DNA from: an uncultured Rhodospirillales bacterium | GTDB taxonomy: Bacteria > Pseudomonadota > Alphaproteobacteria > CAAGCB01 > CAG-977 | DNA length: 64,000 nucleotides | Reading direction: 5' to 3' | Assembly: GCA_902777205.1 (NCBI GenBank) | Contig: CACYSU010000001.1 | Span: forward strand, 21,832 to 85,831 | Shown: positions 37,128 to 50,438 of the stretch, in pieces | Layout: every line of letters starts with the position of its first letter | Numbering within the stretch: the first letter of the stretch is position 1 | The notes under the pieces: generated by a model | What the model saw: only the letters and a program-made list of their open reading frames with translations | Databases searched by the model: none | What the model was told of the DNA's origin: nothing | Position numbers and translations under genes: made by a program

Positions 37128-38881
37128 GGCTCTTCCCCCTTGAACGGCGGCAGCAGGACGACAAAGCAGGCGCCGGCGATCCGGCCGTCGGCGTCTTTGC
37201 GGTTTTCGGCGTAGATGCGCCCGTTCAGTCCGGAAATGATCTTTTCAGAAATCGACAGCCCCAGTCCCGAATGGTGGCCGAATTGTTCCGCCGTCGGCCG
37301 TTCGCAGTAAAACCGCTGAAACAGCTTTTTTTCGTCGCCGGGGGGGATTCCGGGGCCTTCGTCGTTGAAACGCAGTTCCAGCATACCGCCGTTCATGCGC
37401 GCGGCGACGGTGATCGACGAATTGTCCGGCGAAAAGGAAACGGCGTTGTTGATCAGGTTGTAAAACACTTGCGCCAAACGGGTTTCCATGCCCAAAACGG
37501 CGATGTCGGCGGGAATGTCCGCGTCCCAATCCAGCCGGAATTTGATGCCGCGCTTTGTCGCCGCGTCGCCCAGATTGTAAACCTCGATCAGCGAAGACAG
37601 CAGTTTGTGAATGTCGATGACCTCGAACACTTCGCGGGACAGCTCCGCGTCCAGACGCGACAGGTTGGAAATGTCCGTGATCAGCCGATCGAGGCGCAGC
37701 ACGTCTTCGTGTATGATGTTGACCAGACGCTTTTTTTTGTCTTCGTTGGAAATCATGCCGATCGTTTCGACGGCGCTGCGCATGGACGACAGCGGGTTTT
37801 TGATTTCGTGGGACACGTCGGCGGCGAAACGTTCCGTCGCGTCCAGCCGTTCCCACAGCGTGTCCGTCATTTTGATCAGCGCGCCGGACAAATCGCCGAT
37901 TTCGTCGTGACGCTTCGTTTCGTCGGGAATCCTTTGCCGCCGGCCGCCGCTGACGCGGATGTTGACCGCGGCCGTTGACAGCCGGTTCAACGGCATGACG
38001 ATCGTTCTGACCATGAAATACGACAGCAGGATCGTCACCGCGAACGCCAAAGCGAACAGCCGGAACACCGCCAGCCGGAAAGCCGTCAGGTTGCGCAGCA
38101 CGTTTTCGATGCCGCCCGTCACCATGATCGCGCCGACGATCTGGTCGTCGAAAACGACGGGGACGGCGACGCTGAGAATCCGGCCGTATCCCTCCAAATA
38201 CCGGATTTCGGAAGCGAACACCCCGTCGCCCAGCGCCGTTCCGACCTCTTGATAATCGAACGCGGTCTGGTTTTTCGGTTCGTCATAGCGCGGCAGGGAA
38301 CGGAAATTGTCGGAAAACAGCCGTTTGAAAAAGGAAGTGTTGTGTCCGTCGGGGCGCGCCGCCGGCAATCCGCCGCCAAACCGGCTGTCGGCCGTTAAAA
38401 CGCCGTTGTGGTCGAACAGGCGCACGCGGACTTTGTCCAGTGACGGCAGGCGCAGCAAAATGCGCCGCGCGGCGTCCGGAAGCAGGCGGAAAAATTCGCG
38501 CGGGGTGCGGGTCGGAGAATTTCCGGACGATCCGAAATCGGAAAAATAGGAGCGGGAGGATTCCTTTTGATTGAAATACCCTTGATCCGTATTCCGTTCC
38601 TGTTCGACGGGTAACAGGGACGAGATGAATTCCGAATTGACCGCGCCTTCGCTGACGGCGACGGCCATCAGCTCGGCCTGCACTTTCAAAACCTTGATTT
38701 CCGCTTCGATCAATCCTTTGCGGTAATGATCCATATACAGCAGTCCGGCAACCAGCAGCGCGGGTGCCAGCAGGTTCAGCAACAGCAAACGCCACGACAG
38801 CGGCGAACGGATGACGGATGCGGTTTTCAACTCCGCCCATTTGCGCCGCAGATACGTCGGAATATTGATTGAACGCGCCAC
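37121..38881 (-). CDS. chvG: Two-component sensor histidine kinase, ChvG/ExoS type.
   Basis: 586 aa. Two TM segments flank a periplasmic domain. HAMP domain. H-box A-D-V-S-H-E-I-K-N-P-L. HATPase_c. Confidence 0.8.
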   Translation of the reverse strand: MARSINIPTYLRRKWAELKTASVIRSPLSWRLLLLNLLAPALLVAGLLYMDHYRKGLIEAEIKVLKVQAELMAVAVSEGAVNSEFISSLLPVEQERNTDQGYFNQKESSRSYFSDFGSSGNSPTRTPREFFRLLPDAARRILLRLPSLDKVRVRLFDHNGVLTADSRFGGGLPAARPDGHNTSFFKRLFSDNFRSLPRYDEPKNQTAFDYQEVGTALGDGVFASEIRYLEGYGRILSVAVPVVFDDQIVGAIMVTGGIENVLRNLTAFRLAVFRLFALAFAVTILLSYFMVRTIVMPLNRLSTAAVNIRVSGGRRQRIPDETKRHDEIGDLSGALIKMTDTLWERLDATERFAADVSHEIKNPLSSMRSAVETIGMISNEDKKKRLVNIIHEDVLRLDRLITDISNLSRLDAELSREVFEVIDIHKLLSSLIEVYNLGDAATKRGIKFRLDWDADIPADIAVLGMETRLAQVFYNLINNAVSFSPDNSSITVAARMNGGMLELRFNDEGPGIPPGDEKKLFQRFYCERPTAEQFGHHSGLGLSISEKIISGLNGRIYAENRKDADGRIAGACFVVLLPPFKGEEPC

Positions 38882-38886
38882 GGGGA

Positions 38887-39591
38887 TCAGACCTCGCGGT
38901 ACCGGTAGCCGACGCCGTACAGCGTTTCGATGCCGGAAAAATCCTTGTCCGCGTCTTTGAATTTTTTACGCAGGCGTTTGATGTGGCTGTCAACCGTGCG
39001 GTCGTCGATATAGACGTTTGAACCGTAGGCGGCGTCAATCAGCTGGTCGCGCGTTTTGACGATGCCCGTGTTTTCCACCAGCGAATACAGCATCAAAAAT
39101 TCCGTGATCGTCAAATCGACGGGTCGGCCTTTCCACAGGCACAAATGGCGCGTTTTGTTCATTTCCAGATCGCCGCGTTTGATGACGGCGTCGGATTCCG
39201 CGTTCGCATCCTCTCTGTTCAGGGCGGGGTCGGTGCGCCGGATCAGCGTTTTGATGCGCGCGATCAGCAAATTCGGCGAAAACGGTTTTTTGATATAGTC
39301 GTCCGCCCCCATGCGCAGCCCGCACAATTCGTCGATCTCGTCTTCCTTGCTGGTCAGGAAAATGACGGGGACGTTCGATTTTTTGCGCAGCTCCTGCAGC
39401 ATTTCCATGCCGTCCATACGGGGCATTTTGATGTCCAGAACGACCAGAGAAACCTGTTCTTTCAGCACGCCTTCCAATCCGGAAACGCCGTCGGTGTAGG
39501 TGAACACCTCGAACCCTTCCTCTTCCAAAATCATGGAAACGGAAGTCAGAATGTTTTGATCGTCGTCGATCAAGGCGATTTTATTTCCCAC
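38887..39591 (-). CDS. chvI: OmpR-family response regulator ChvI.
   Basis: [27 protein letters not shown] closely matches the ChvI N-terminus. Confidence 0.9.
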   Translation of the reverse strand: MGNKIALIDDDQNILTSVSMILEEEGFEVFTYTDGVSGLEGVLKEQVSLVVLDIKMPRMDGMEMLQELRKKSNVPVIFLTSKEDEIDELCGLRMGADDYIKKPFSPNLLIARIKTLIRRTDPALNREDANAESDAVIKRGDLEMNKTRHLCLWKGRPVDLTITEFLMLYSLVENTGIVKTRDQLIDAAYGSNVYIDDRTVDSHIKRLRKKFKDADKDFSGIETLYGVGYRYREV

Positions 39592-39662
39592 GGCGAAAGC
39601 TCCTGCGTCAAATCGAAACCGGATTTATTTTAGCAGGGCGCGCCGCCGAAATAAAGTCCGTT

Positions 39663-40718
39663 TTACGCCTGTCCCGCCGCGGTTTTCAGCTGGCCGCACG
39701 CCGCCATGATCTCCTGTCCGCGGGATTGGCGCACGGGGGCGGCGTAGTTGTGTTCCTCCAACAGCGCGGAAAAACGGCGGATTCTGTTGCCGGACGAGCA
39801 TTTGAACGGGCATCCCCGCCATTCGTTGAACGGGATCAGGTTGAATTTGACGGCCAGCCCTTTGACCAGACGCATCAATTCGCGGGCGTCGGCGTCGGAA
39901 TCGTTGACGCCGTCCAGCATGACGTATTCCATCGTGATGTATTGGCGCGTGCCGCCGATTTCCTGAAACTTGCGGCAGGCGGCGATCAGTTCCTCCAGCG
40001 GATATTTGCGGTTGATCGGCATGATTTTGTCGCGGATCTCGTTGGTCGGCGCGTGCAGGCTGACCGCCAGCTTGACACCCAGATCCTCGGCCACGCGGGG
40101 GATCATCGGGGCGACGCCGCTGGTGGACAGGGTGATGCGGCGTTTGGAAATGGCGATGCCTTCGCCGTCCATGATGATTTGCAGCCCCTTTTTCACGTTT
40201 TCATAGTTCAATAGCGGTTCGCCCATGCCCATGACGACGATGTTGGACAGATAGCGCGTTTCGTGCGACGGGCTGGGCCATTCGTCGTAACTGTCGCGGG
40301 CGGCCATGAACTGCGCGACGAATTCCCCCGCCGTCAGGTTGCGGGTGAACCGCTGCGACCCCGTATGACAGAAAACGCATCCGTTCGGACATCCGACCTG
40401 CGTGGACAGACAGACGGCGCCGCGATCCTCTTCGGGGATGTAAACGGTTTCGACGCTTTGCCCGTCGTTGAATTTGAACAGCCACTTGCGGGTGCGGTCG
40501 GCCGCGTTTTGTTCGCGCACGACTTCGGGGCGGTTCAGGGTGTAGCCGCTGTCGATCAGTTTTTGGCGCAAGGGTTTGCCCAGACTGGTCATTTCCTCGA
40601 AATCCCGCTTGCCCTGAAAATAAATCCAGTGCCACAGCTGTTTGGCGCGGAAAGGCTTTTCGCCCATCTTTTCCAGTTCCGATTGCAGTTCCGCGCGGGA
40701 AAGTCCGATCAAATTCAT
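39663..40718 (-). CDS. rlmN: 23S rRNA m2A2503 / tRNA m2A37 methyltransferase RlmN (radical SAM).
   Basis: 351 aa. C-P-N-G-C-V-F-C cluster and RlmN-typical termini. Confidence 0.9.
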   Translation of the reverse strand: MNLIGLSRAELQSELEKMGEKPFRAKQLWHWIYFQGKRDFEEMTSLGKPLRQKLIDSGYTLNRPEVVREQNAADRTRKWLFKFNDGQSVETVYIPEEDRGAVCLSTQVGCPNGCVFCHTGSQRFTRNLTAGEFVAQFMAARDSYDEWPSPSHETRYLSNIVVMGMGEPLLNYENVKKGLQIIMDGEGIAISKRRITLSTSGVAPMIPRVAEDLGVKLAVSLHAPTNEIRDKIMPINRKYPLEELIAACRKFQEIGGTRQYITMEYVMLDGVNDSDADARELMRLVKGLAVKFNLIPFNEWRGCPFKCSSGNRIRRFSALLEEHNYAAPVRQSRGQEIMAACGQLKTAAGQA

Positions 40719-40741
40719 AACGAAAATCCTTTATATTCAGT

Positions 40742-41149
40742 TCAGTGGGGACGGGGCATTTTGCGTATCAACGCGCGGGGATCGACGGCGGCGCGGGCTT
40801 TGTCCGCATAATCCGCCCCGTCGGAATAACCGACCAGCATGAAAAACGGGACGGTGCAGAACATCGCGGCGACCGCCCAAGCGAAATCGCCGATGAGGCA
40901 AATCCCCATCGCCGGCCAGTCGGGCGAACCGTCGCGGCGGTCGATCCGGTTGAACAACAGCCGGTAAAACATCAGGAAGGAGGCCATAAACAGATATAAA
41001 TCAAGCGTCAGCATCCGGCGGAACGCGCTTTCTTCGGCTTCGGCGCCGAAAAACACCCAGACGCCGCACAAAACGCCGATGATCGTGCACCGGTGCAACA
41101 ATATGCCCGATTTCAGCAAAATAAAAAAAGAATCAAATAGCTTTTTGAG
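40742..41149 (-). CDS. Hypothetical membrane protein.
   Basis: ORF 40742..41224 with an internal ATG at 41149. About four hydrophobic segments. No family recognised. Confidence 0.35.
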   Translation of the reverse strand, partial: LKKLFDSFFILLKSGILLHRCTIIGVLCGVWVFFGAEAEESAFRRMLTLDLYLFMASFLMFYRLLFNRIDRRDGSPDWPAMGICLIGDFAWAVAAMFCTVPFFMLVGYSDGADYADKARAAVDPRALIRKMPRPH

Positions 41150-41392
41150 CATTTTGTGGTAAACCTCTGATCCTGAGATTCGTCTGTCGGAGTTTTTACA
41201 CTGATGAAAAAAGCAAAGCAACAAGAAACAAACGACGCCCGCTCTTCCGCCCCCGCGGCGGACAACGGCGCGCCGGCGTTGAAACGCAAACAGGTTCCGT
41301 TCGTTTACATCGCCATGGAAGAACCCGCCGACGAATACAAACGGGCTTTGGCGTCCGGCCGCAACCTGTACCGGTTGGTCAAAATCAAATAA

Positions 41393-41794
41393 TCAGTCCG
41401 GCGTTTTGACGGGGTAAACGGGTTTTTCGTAAACGCCGATCAACCGGTCGGCCGGATTGGGGCTGGGGCGGTCGTAACACGTCGCCGACGCCAGCGATCC
41501 GTAGCAGTATGTTTTTTGAACGCTCCACACCGGCCGGTTCGCGCGTTCGATTTCCAGTTCCGTCATGCAGTATTTGCCTTCGCCGGACAGTTTGCGGCTC
41601 AGCGAACAGTCCTTGCCCGTCGCCAAAGACGAAACGTGGTCGCTTAAAAACTTGTCCGTCGCCAGCCACGAAACGGCTTCGCCCGCCGCGACGACGGTCA
41701 GGGGCATCGCGCCGAACGGCATTTTCGACGTGTGCGTCGTCAGCCAGCATCCCGATAAAAACAATGTCGAAATCAGCACTAAAAGATGTTTCAT
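41393..41794 (-). CDS. Hypothetical lipoprotein.
   Basis: Signal peptide with lipobox L-S-G-C. 133 aa. Confidence 0.5.
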   Translation of the reverse strand: MKHLLVLISTLFLSGCWLTTHTSKMPFGAMPLTVVAAGEAVSWLATDKFLSDHVSSLATGKDCSLSRKLSGEGKYCMTELEIERANRPVWSVQKTYCYGSLASATCYDRPSPNPADRLIGVYEKPVYPVKTPD

Positions 41795-41921
41795 GTTCCC
41801 CGTTCCGTATTTTTTTTATCGTATCACAGGCGGTTGTCCGAAAAAAGAATTTAAAACAGCTTGTTCTTTGCGCCGTTTAACGGTAAACCTATCATAGAAA
41901 AGGTTTTCATTTGTTTAAGGA

Positions 41922-42656
41922 GTGCATCCCGTGACCGGTCAAAATGATGAAAAAACGCCCTTGGAGGCCGAAATCCTGCGCGAAGTCGCCGAGGAGATGA
42001 AAGAGGAACAGTTCAAACAGCTGTGGAAAAAAATAGGCCCGTACGTCACCGGTTTGATCGTGGCGGTTTTATTGGCCACGGGCGGGGTCGAACTGTACCG
42101 GCATACGCAGAACCGCCGCGCTTTGGCGGAATCGGAACAGCTGAAAACCGCGCTGGCGATGATGGAAACGGGCGACGCGGAGGCCGGCGCGGAAATGCTG
42201 CGCCAAATCGGCGAAACATCGACCCGCGGCTATCGCTGGCTGGCGGCGTTCCATTACGCCGATTACCTGATCGGGCAGGGCAAGGACAAATACGGCGAAG
42301 CGATCAAGGTGCTGGACGGTGTGATCGGTGACGAAAAGGCGCCCGAACCGTTCCGGAACATGGCTTTGTTCGACAAAACCGTCCTGCGCATCGAAAACGG
42401 GGATACGGATTTCGCCGCGATGGAAAAGGATGTCGAGGCTTTGGCCGCGAAAAGCGACGCGTGGGCGCCGCTGGCGTTGGAAATGGCGGCGGAGCTGAAC
42501 CTGCGTCAGGGCGACACGGAAAAGGCGCAATCCCGCTGGCAGCAGATTTTGACAATGCCCGGCGTGTCCGAATCCAAACGCCTGCAGGTGTCGGAATACA
42601 TTTCTTTCCTTAACGAATCCATGCCCGCGGGCGCGGATAAGAAAGCGGACAAATAA
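41922..42656 (+). CDS. YfgM-like TPR membrane protein (ancillary SecYEG-associated).
   Basis: Single N-terminal TM, then TPR-like helices. Conserved position upstream of bamB-der. Confidence 0.55.
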   Translation: MHPVTGQNDEKTPLEAEILREVAEEMKEEQFKQLWKKIGPYVTGLIVAVLLATGGVELYRHTQNRRALAESEQLKTALAMMETGDAEAGAEMLRQIGETSTRGYRWLAAFHYADYLIGQGKDKYGEAIKVLDGVIGDEKAPEPFRNMALFDKTVLRIENGDTDFAAMEKDVEALAAKSDAWAPLALEMAAELNLRQGDTEKAQSRWQQILTMPGVSESKRLQVSEYISFLNESMPAGADKKADK

Positions 42657-42658
42657 AA

Positions 42659-43966
42659 ATGAAACGGGCGGGTGTCTTTTGGGTCGGACTGTTGGCCGCC
42701 GTCGTCGGCGGATGCGCCGCGGACGAACCGTCGCCGGCGGAACGCAAGATTTCCGTCCTGACATACGGGCGGGAATTGATGCCGGACAGGGATTTGAAGC
42801 AAAACTATCTGCTGCCCGAACCCGAATCCGTCCGCGAATGGCCGCAGGCGGGCGGCGTTTCCCACCATGTGATGCAAAATCCGGCGCTGGCGCCCAAAAT
42901 CATGCAGGCGTGGAAAGTGTCGATCGGGCGCGGATCGGGCAGAAAAAGCGTTTTGCTGGCCGAACCCGTCGGGGAACGGGGCGTGATCTACACCATTGAT
43001 TCCGCCGGAACGGTTCAAGCCGTTTCCGCGGCGTCCGGAAAAACGGTGTGGCGCGAAAACGCGACGGAAAGAAAAGCCGCGCGGCGGATCGGATCGGTCG
43101 GTTCCGGATTGGCTTTGGCCGACGGACGGCTGTTCGCCGCGTTGGGGACGGGCGAGGTCGTCGCCATGGATTCCGGCAACGGCGCGGAATTGTGGCGCGT
43201 CGATTTGAAATCGCCCGTGCGTTCCGCGCCGACGGTATATGGCGGGCGGCTGTTCGTCGTGACGGCGGACAACCGGCTGACGGCGTTGGCGCAGGACGAC
43301 GGCCGGACGCTGTGGCAGCATTACGCGTTTTTGGAAAACATTTCCCTGCTGGGCAAGGCCGCGCCCGCCATTGACGAAGGCGTCGGCGTCGCGGCGTTCG
43401 CGTCCGGCGATGTCATCGCTTTCCGCCCCGAAAACGGCAGCATTTTATGGACGGAGTCTTTGGGAACCGCGCGTTTGGCGGACGCCGGCGCGGAAATCAA
43501 CGACATCCGCGCCCGTCCCGTCATTGACGGCGACCGCGTGTTTGTCGTTTCCAGCGGCGGATTGCTGTCCGCGCTGGACCTGAAAACCGGCAGCGTGATC
43601 TGGGAACGCGAAATCGGCGGAATCAACCAGCCGTGGCTGGCCGGCGAGGTGCTGTACGCCGTTTCTTCATATCAGGAACTGGTCGCGCTGGAATCGGCGA
43701 CGGGCAAGATTTTGTGGGTGAACCGGCTGACCCGTTGGCGCGATCCGGAAAAGAAAAAGGACAAGCTGATGTGGACGGGGCCCGTGATGGCCGGAAACCG
43801 GCTGATCCTGACGAATTCCGACGGCAAAGCGATCGCGGTCGCGCCGCAGACGGGCACGATCATCGGATGGGACGATATCGACGAAACGGGGACTTTGCCC
43901 CCGATCGTTTTGAATGACACTTTGTTTTTCGTGACGGAAAACGGCAACTTGATGGCGTACAGATAA
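42659..43966 (+). CDS. bamB: Outer-membrane assembly lipoprotein BamB (PQQ beta-propeller).
   Basis: Lipobox V-G-G-C-A. Repeated PQQ-like blades. Sits between yfgM and der. Confidence 0.8.
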   Translation: MKRAGVFWVGLLAAVVGGCAADEPSPAERKISVLTYGRELMPDRDLKQNYLLPEPESVREWPQAGGVSHHVMQNPALAPKIMQAWKVSIGRGSGRKSVLLAEPVGERGVIYTIDSAGTVQAVSAASGKTVWRENATERKAARRIGSVGSGLALADGRLFAALGTGEVVAMDSGNGAELWRVDLKSPVRSAPTVYGGRLFVVTADNRLTALAQDDGRTLWQHYAFLENISLLGKAAPAIDEGVGVAAFASGDVIAFRPENGSILWTESLGTARLADAGAEINDIRARPVIDGDRVFVVSSGGLLSALDLKTGSVIWEREIGGINQPWLAGEVLYAVSSYQELVALESATGKILWVNRLTRWRDPEKKKDKLMWTGPVMAGNRLILTNSDGKAIAVAPQTGTIIGWDDIDETGTLPPIVLNDTLFFVTENGNLMAYR

Positions 43967-45433
43967 ATGACGGCGATTATTTCCTTGGTCGGCAGAACGA
44001 ATGTCGGCAAATCAACTTTGTTCAACCGTTTGACCGGACGCAAAAAGGCGTTGGTGCACGACCGGCCGGGGGTGACCCGCGACCGGCGCGAGGGACAGGC
44101 GGTGCTGTTCGGCTGTCCGTTCACCGTCGTTGACACGGCGGGGCTGGAATCCGGCGGCGAACTGGCCGATTCCATGTGGCGGCAGACGCAAAAGGCTTTG
44201 CAAACGTCCGAAGCGGTCGTTTTCATTGTCGATGTGCGCGCGGGCGTGACTCCGCTGGACAAGAAAACGGCGCAGACTTTGCGCAAAATCGGAAAACCCG
44301 TGATTTTGGCCGCAAACAAGGCCGAAGGGCGCGATTTTTCCGTGCAGGATCTGTATTCGCTGGGGTTCGGCGAACCGCTGCTGATTTCCGCCGAACACGG
44401 GCTGGGGATGAGCGACCTGTTTGAAGCGCTGTCGCCGTTCATCAAATCGGAACAGCCGGAGGAAGACGACGAAACGCCTAAGGAAAAGCGCGCGCGCCGC
44501 AAGAAACAAGACGAACCGGAAGTTGATTTGAACGATGAAACGGTCAAAGAGGAAAACATCCAAGACCGCGTGATTGATCTGGCGATCGTCGGGCGTCCGA
44601 ACGTCGGCAAATCGACTTTGGTCAACCGTCTGATCGGCGAAGATCGGATGCTGACGGGGCCCATGGCGGGGCTGACGCGCGATTCCATTTCGATCGACTG
44701 GACGTACAAAGGGCGCGCGCTGCGTCTGACCGACACGGCGGGGCTGCGCCGCCGCGCGAAAGTCGAGGACGATTTGGAAAAGCTGTCCGCCGCCGACACG
44801 AAACGCGCCGCGTTTTTGGCGCAGGTCGTCGTTTTGGTGCTGGACGCCGACGGCATTTTGGACAAGCAGGATCTGACGATCGCCCGTCAGGTTTTGGAAG
44901 AGGGACGCGCGCTGATCGTCGCGGTGAACAAATGGGACGCCGTGCGCGATAAAAAACAGGCCATGGCCGTTTTGAACGACCGCATCGCGACATCCCTGAC
45001 GCAGGTCAAGGGGTTGAAAACCGTCGCCATTTCCGCCAGAACGGGCGAGGGGCTCGACCGGTTGATGCAGGCTGTTTTCGATATTTACGCCGTGTGGAAC
45101 AGCCGCATTTCAACCGGACGGCTGAACCGTTGGCTGGCGAAAATGACCGAAGTGACGCCGCCGCCTTTGTCCGCGACGAAACGGCCGATTCCGCTGAAAT
45201 ACATCACGCAGGCCAAAACGCGGCCGCCGACGTTTGCGCTGTTTTCCAGCAATCCGGAAAAACTGCCTGAATCCTACCTGCGCTATCTGGTCAAAGGATT
45301 GGGGCAGGATCTGGGGATCGAGGGCGTGCCGATCCGCATCATTATGCGCAAGGCCAAAAACCCGTACGAAAACAAACCCCGTCCCAAGGATCAGGAGGGG
45401 TACCGGCATCATAAACGTCGGGATCGCAGATAA
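43967..45433 (+). CDS. der: Ribosome biogenesis GTPase Der (EngA).
   Basis: Two GTPase domains (GRTNVGKSTLFNRL and GRPNVGKSTLVNRL) plus a KH-like C-terminus. Confidence 0.9.
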   Translation: MTAIISLVGRTNVGKSTLFNRLTGRKKALVHDRPGVTRDRREGQAVLFGCPFTVVDTAGLESGGELADSMWRQTQKALQTSEAVVFIVDVRAGVTPLDKKTAQTLRKIGKPVILAANKAEGRDFSVQDLYSLGFGEPLLISAEHGLGMSDLFEALSPFIKSEQPEEDDETPKEKRARRKKQDEPEVDLNDETVKEENIQDRVIDLAIVGRPNVGKSTLVNRLIGEDRMLTGPMAGLTRDSISIDWTYKGRALRLTDTAGLRRRAKVEDDLEKLSAADTKRAAFLAQVVVLVLDADGILDKQDLTIARQVLEEGRALIVAVNKWDAVRDKKQAMAVLNDRIATSLTQVKGLKTVAISARTGEGLDRLMQAVFDIYAVWNSRISTGRLNRWLAKMTEVTPPPLSATKRPIPLKYITQAKTRPPTFALFSSNPEKLPESYLRYLVKGLGQDLGIEGVPIRIIMRKAKNPYENKPRPKDQEGYRHHKRRDRR

Positions 45434-45527
45434 AAGGCAATCGCCGCTTCCGTCACAGGGGCGGCGATCGTTTTTTTAAGGGGAAGGTTCGGGCGGCGGC
45501 CGTTTTCAGCCGCGCGTTTTCCGGATG

Positions 45528-47366
45528 TCATTCCCGACGGCCGAACAGGCGTTCGATGTCTTTCAGCTTCAATTCGATATAGGTCGGGCGGCCGTGGATG
45601 CATTGGCCGGAATAGGGAACGGATTCCATTTGGCGCAGCAGGGCATTCATTTCCGAAACGTCCAAAATCCGGCCGGCGCGCACCGATCCGTGACAGGCCA
45701 TGGTCGCGGCGATTTTCTTCACCCGTTCCTTTAACGCCAGAGAATCGCCGAATTCCATAATCGTGTCGGCGATGTCGTTCATCAACGCTTTCGCGTCCGT
45801 TTCCCCTAAAACGGCCGGCGTCGCCCTGATCACCAGCGCGCCGTCCCCGAACGGTTCAAACAGGAATCCGGCCTTTTCCAATTCGGCTTTTTGCTTTAAA
45901 ACGGCGTCGCGTTTTTCGGGCGGCAGTTCGGCGATTTCGGGCAACAGCAGGTATTGCGCGGCGGCGTCGCCCGATTCCATATTCTTTTTGATCTTTTCAT
46001 AGGTCAGGCGTTCGTGCGCGGCGTGCTGGTCAACGATGACGATGCCGTCTTCGGTTTGCGAAACGATATAGGTTTTGTGCAGCTGCGCGCGCGCCAGCCC
46101 CAGCGGCGGAAAAGCGTCCGCGTCAACGGCGGGGGATGATTCGACGGTGTCGTCGGGCAATTCCGCGGCGGCGGGCGCGGAAAAGGCGGAAAAAGCTTCG
46201 TTCGCTTTGAACAGCGCGCGTGTTTCGTTGAAACTGTAGCTTTTTTGCGCCGCCGGACGATAGGCGGGAGCTTGGCGGAAACCGGCAACGGGAACGGCGG
46301 GGCGCATGGGAATGAACGACGGTTCGGGGACGGACGCGTCCAACGCCTGCGCCGCCAAAGTCGTCGAAGTGCGGAAGCCCGACGACATCAGCGTTTGGCG
46401 CACGGCCGAAACGATCATGCCGCGGATACCCTGCGCGTCGCGGAAACGGACTTCGGCCTTTGTCGGGTGGACGTTGACATCAACGTCTTCGGGCGGGATC
46501 TGCAAAAACAGAACCAGCGCGGGGAACCTGTCCGCCGCCAGCAGTTCGTGGTACGCCGCCTTGATCGCGCCCAGCAAAACCTTGTCGCGCACGGGACGGC
46601 TGTTGACAAAGAAATATTGCGCCGCCGCCGTCGCTTTGTTCAGCGTTGGCAGCCCGACGAACCCTTTTAGCACGACGCCGTCGCGTCCGGCGTTGACGGG
46701 CAGGGCGTTATCGACGAAATCCTCGCCGACGATTTGCGCGACGCGCTTGATTTCATCGGATTCGGAAACAGGCTTCAGATCCAGCCGTTTTTTCTTTTCG
46801 TCCGACAGGGTGAACGCGACCGACGGATTGGCCAAAGCCAGCTTTTCAATGATTTCCTGAATGTATCCGGTTTCCGTTTGCGTCGATTTCAGGAATTTCA
46901 GCCGCGCGGGAACGGCGAAAAACAAATCGCGCACGTCCACGCGCGTTCCCTGCGGCGCGGCGGCGGGTTCGGGGGCGTGCTTTTCCCCGCCCTCGATAAA
47001 CAGCGACCACGCCGAATCGGCGTTTTCCGTCCGCGACGTGATCGTGACGCGGGCGACGGACGCGATGGACGGCAGCGCTTCGCCGCGGAAACCGAAATAC
47101 CGGATGTCGAACAGATCGTCCGTCGGCAGTTTAGATGTCGCGAACCGTTCGACCGCCAGCGTCATTTCGTCGGGCGTCATGCCGCGGCCGTTGTCGATGA
47201 CGGTGATCGCGGCTTTTCCCCCGTCGTTCAAGATGACGTCGATTTTCGTCGCTCCGGCGTCCAAAGCGTTTTCGACCAGCTCCTTTACCGCCGACGCGGG
47301 ACGTTCCAGCACTTCGCCCGCGGCGATGCGGTTGACCAGTGTCGGCGGCAACAGGCGCAAAGTCAT
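45528..47366 (-). CDS. mutL: DNA mismatch repair endonuclease MutL.
   Basis: GHKL ATPase N-terminus (VKELVENALDAGA). 612 aa. Confidence 0.9.
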   Translation of the reverse strand: MTLRLLPPTLVNRIAAGEVLERPASAVKELVENALDAGATKIDVILNDGGKAAITVIDNGRGMTPDEMTLAVERFATSKLPTDDLFDIRYFGFRGEALPSIASVARVTITSRTENADSAWSLFIEGGEKHAPEPAAAPQGTRVDVRDLFFAVPARLKFLKSTQTETGYIQEIIEKLALANPSVAFTLSDEKKKRLDLKPVSESDEIKRVAQIVGEDFVDNALPVNAGRDGVVLKGFVGLPTLNKATAAAQYFFVNSRPVRDKVLLGAIKAAYHELLAADRFPALVLFLQIPPEDVDVNVHPTKAEVRFRDAQGIRGMIVSAVRQTLMSSGFRTSTTLAAQALDASVPEPSFIPMRPAVPVAGFRQAPAYRPAAQKSYSFNETRALFKANEAFSAFSAPAAAELPDDTVESSPAVDADAFPPLGLARAQLHKTYIVSQTEDGIVIVDQHAAHERLTYEKIKKNMESGDAAAQYLLLPEIAELPPEKRDAVLKQKAELEKAGFLFEPFGDGALVIRATPAVLGETDAKALMNDIADTIMEFGDSLALKERVKKIAATMACHGSVRAGRILDVSEMNALLRQMESVPYSGQCIHGRPTYIELKLKDIERLFGRRE

Positions 47367-47376
47367 GTCGGGCGGC

Positions 47377-50434
<3,058 letters not shown>

Positions 50435-50438
<4 letters not shown>

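Noticed and set aside
41204-41392. 62-aa plus-strand ORF between a membrane-protein gene and a lipoprotein gene.
   Set aside because: It is short, has no motif and has no clear RBS. It may be a real small protein, but the evidence is insufficient.
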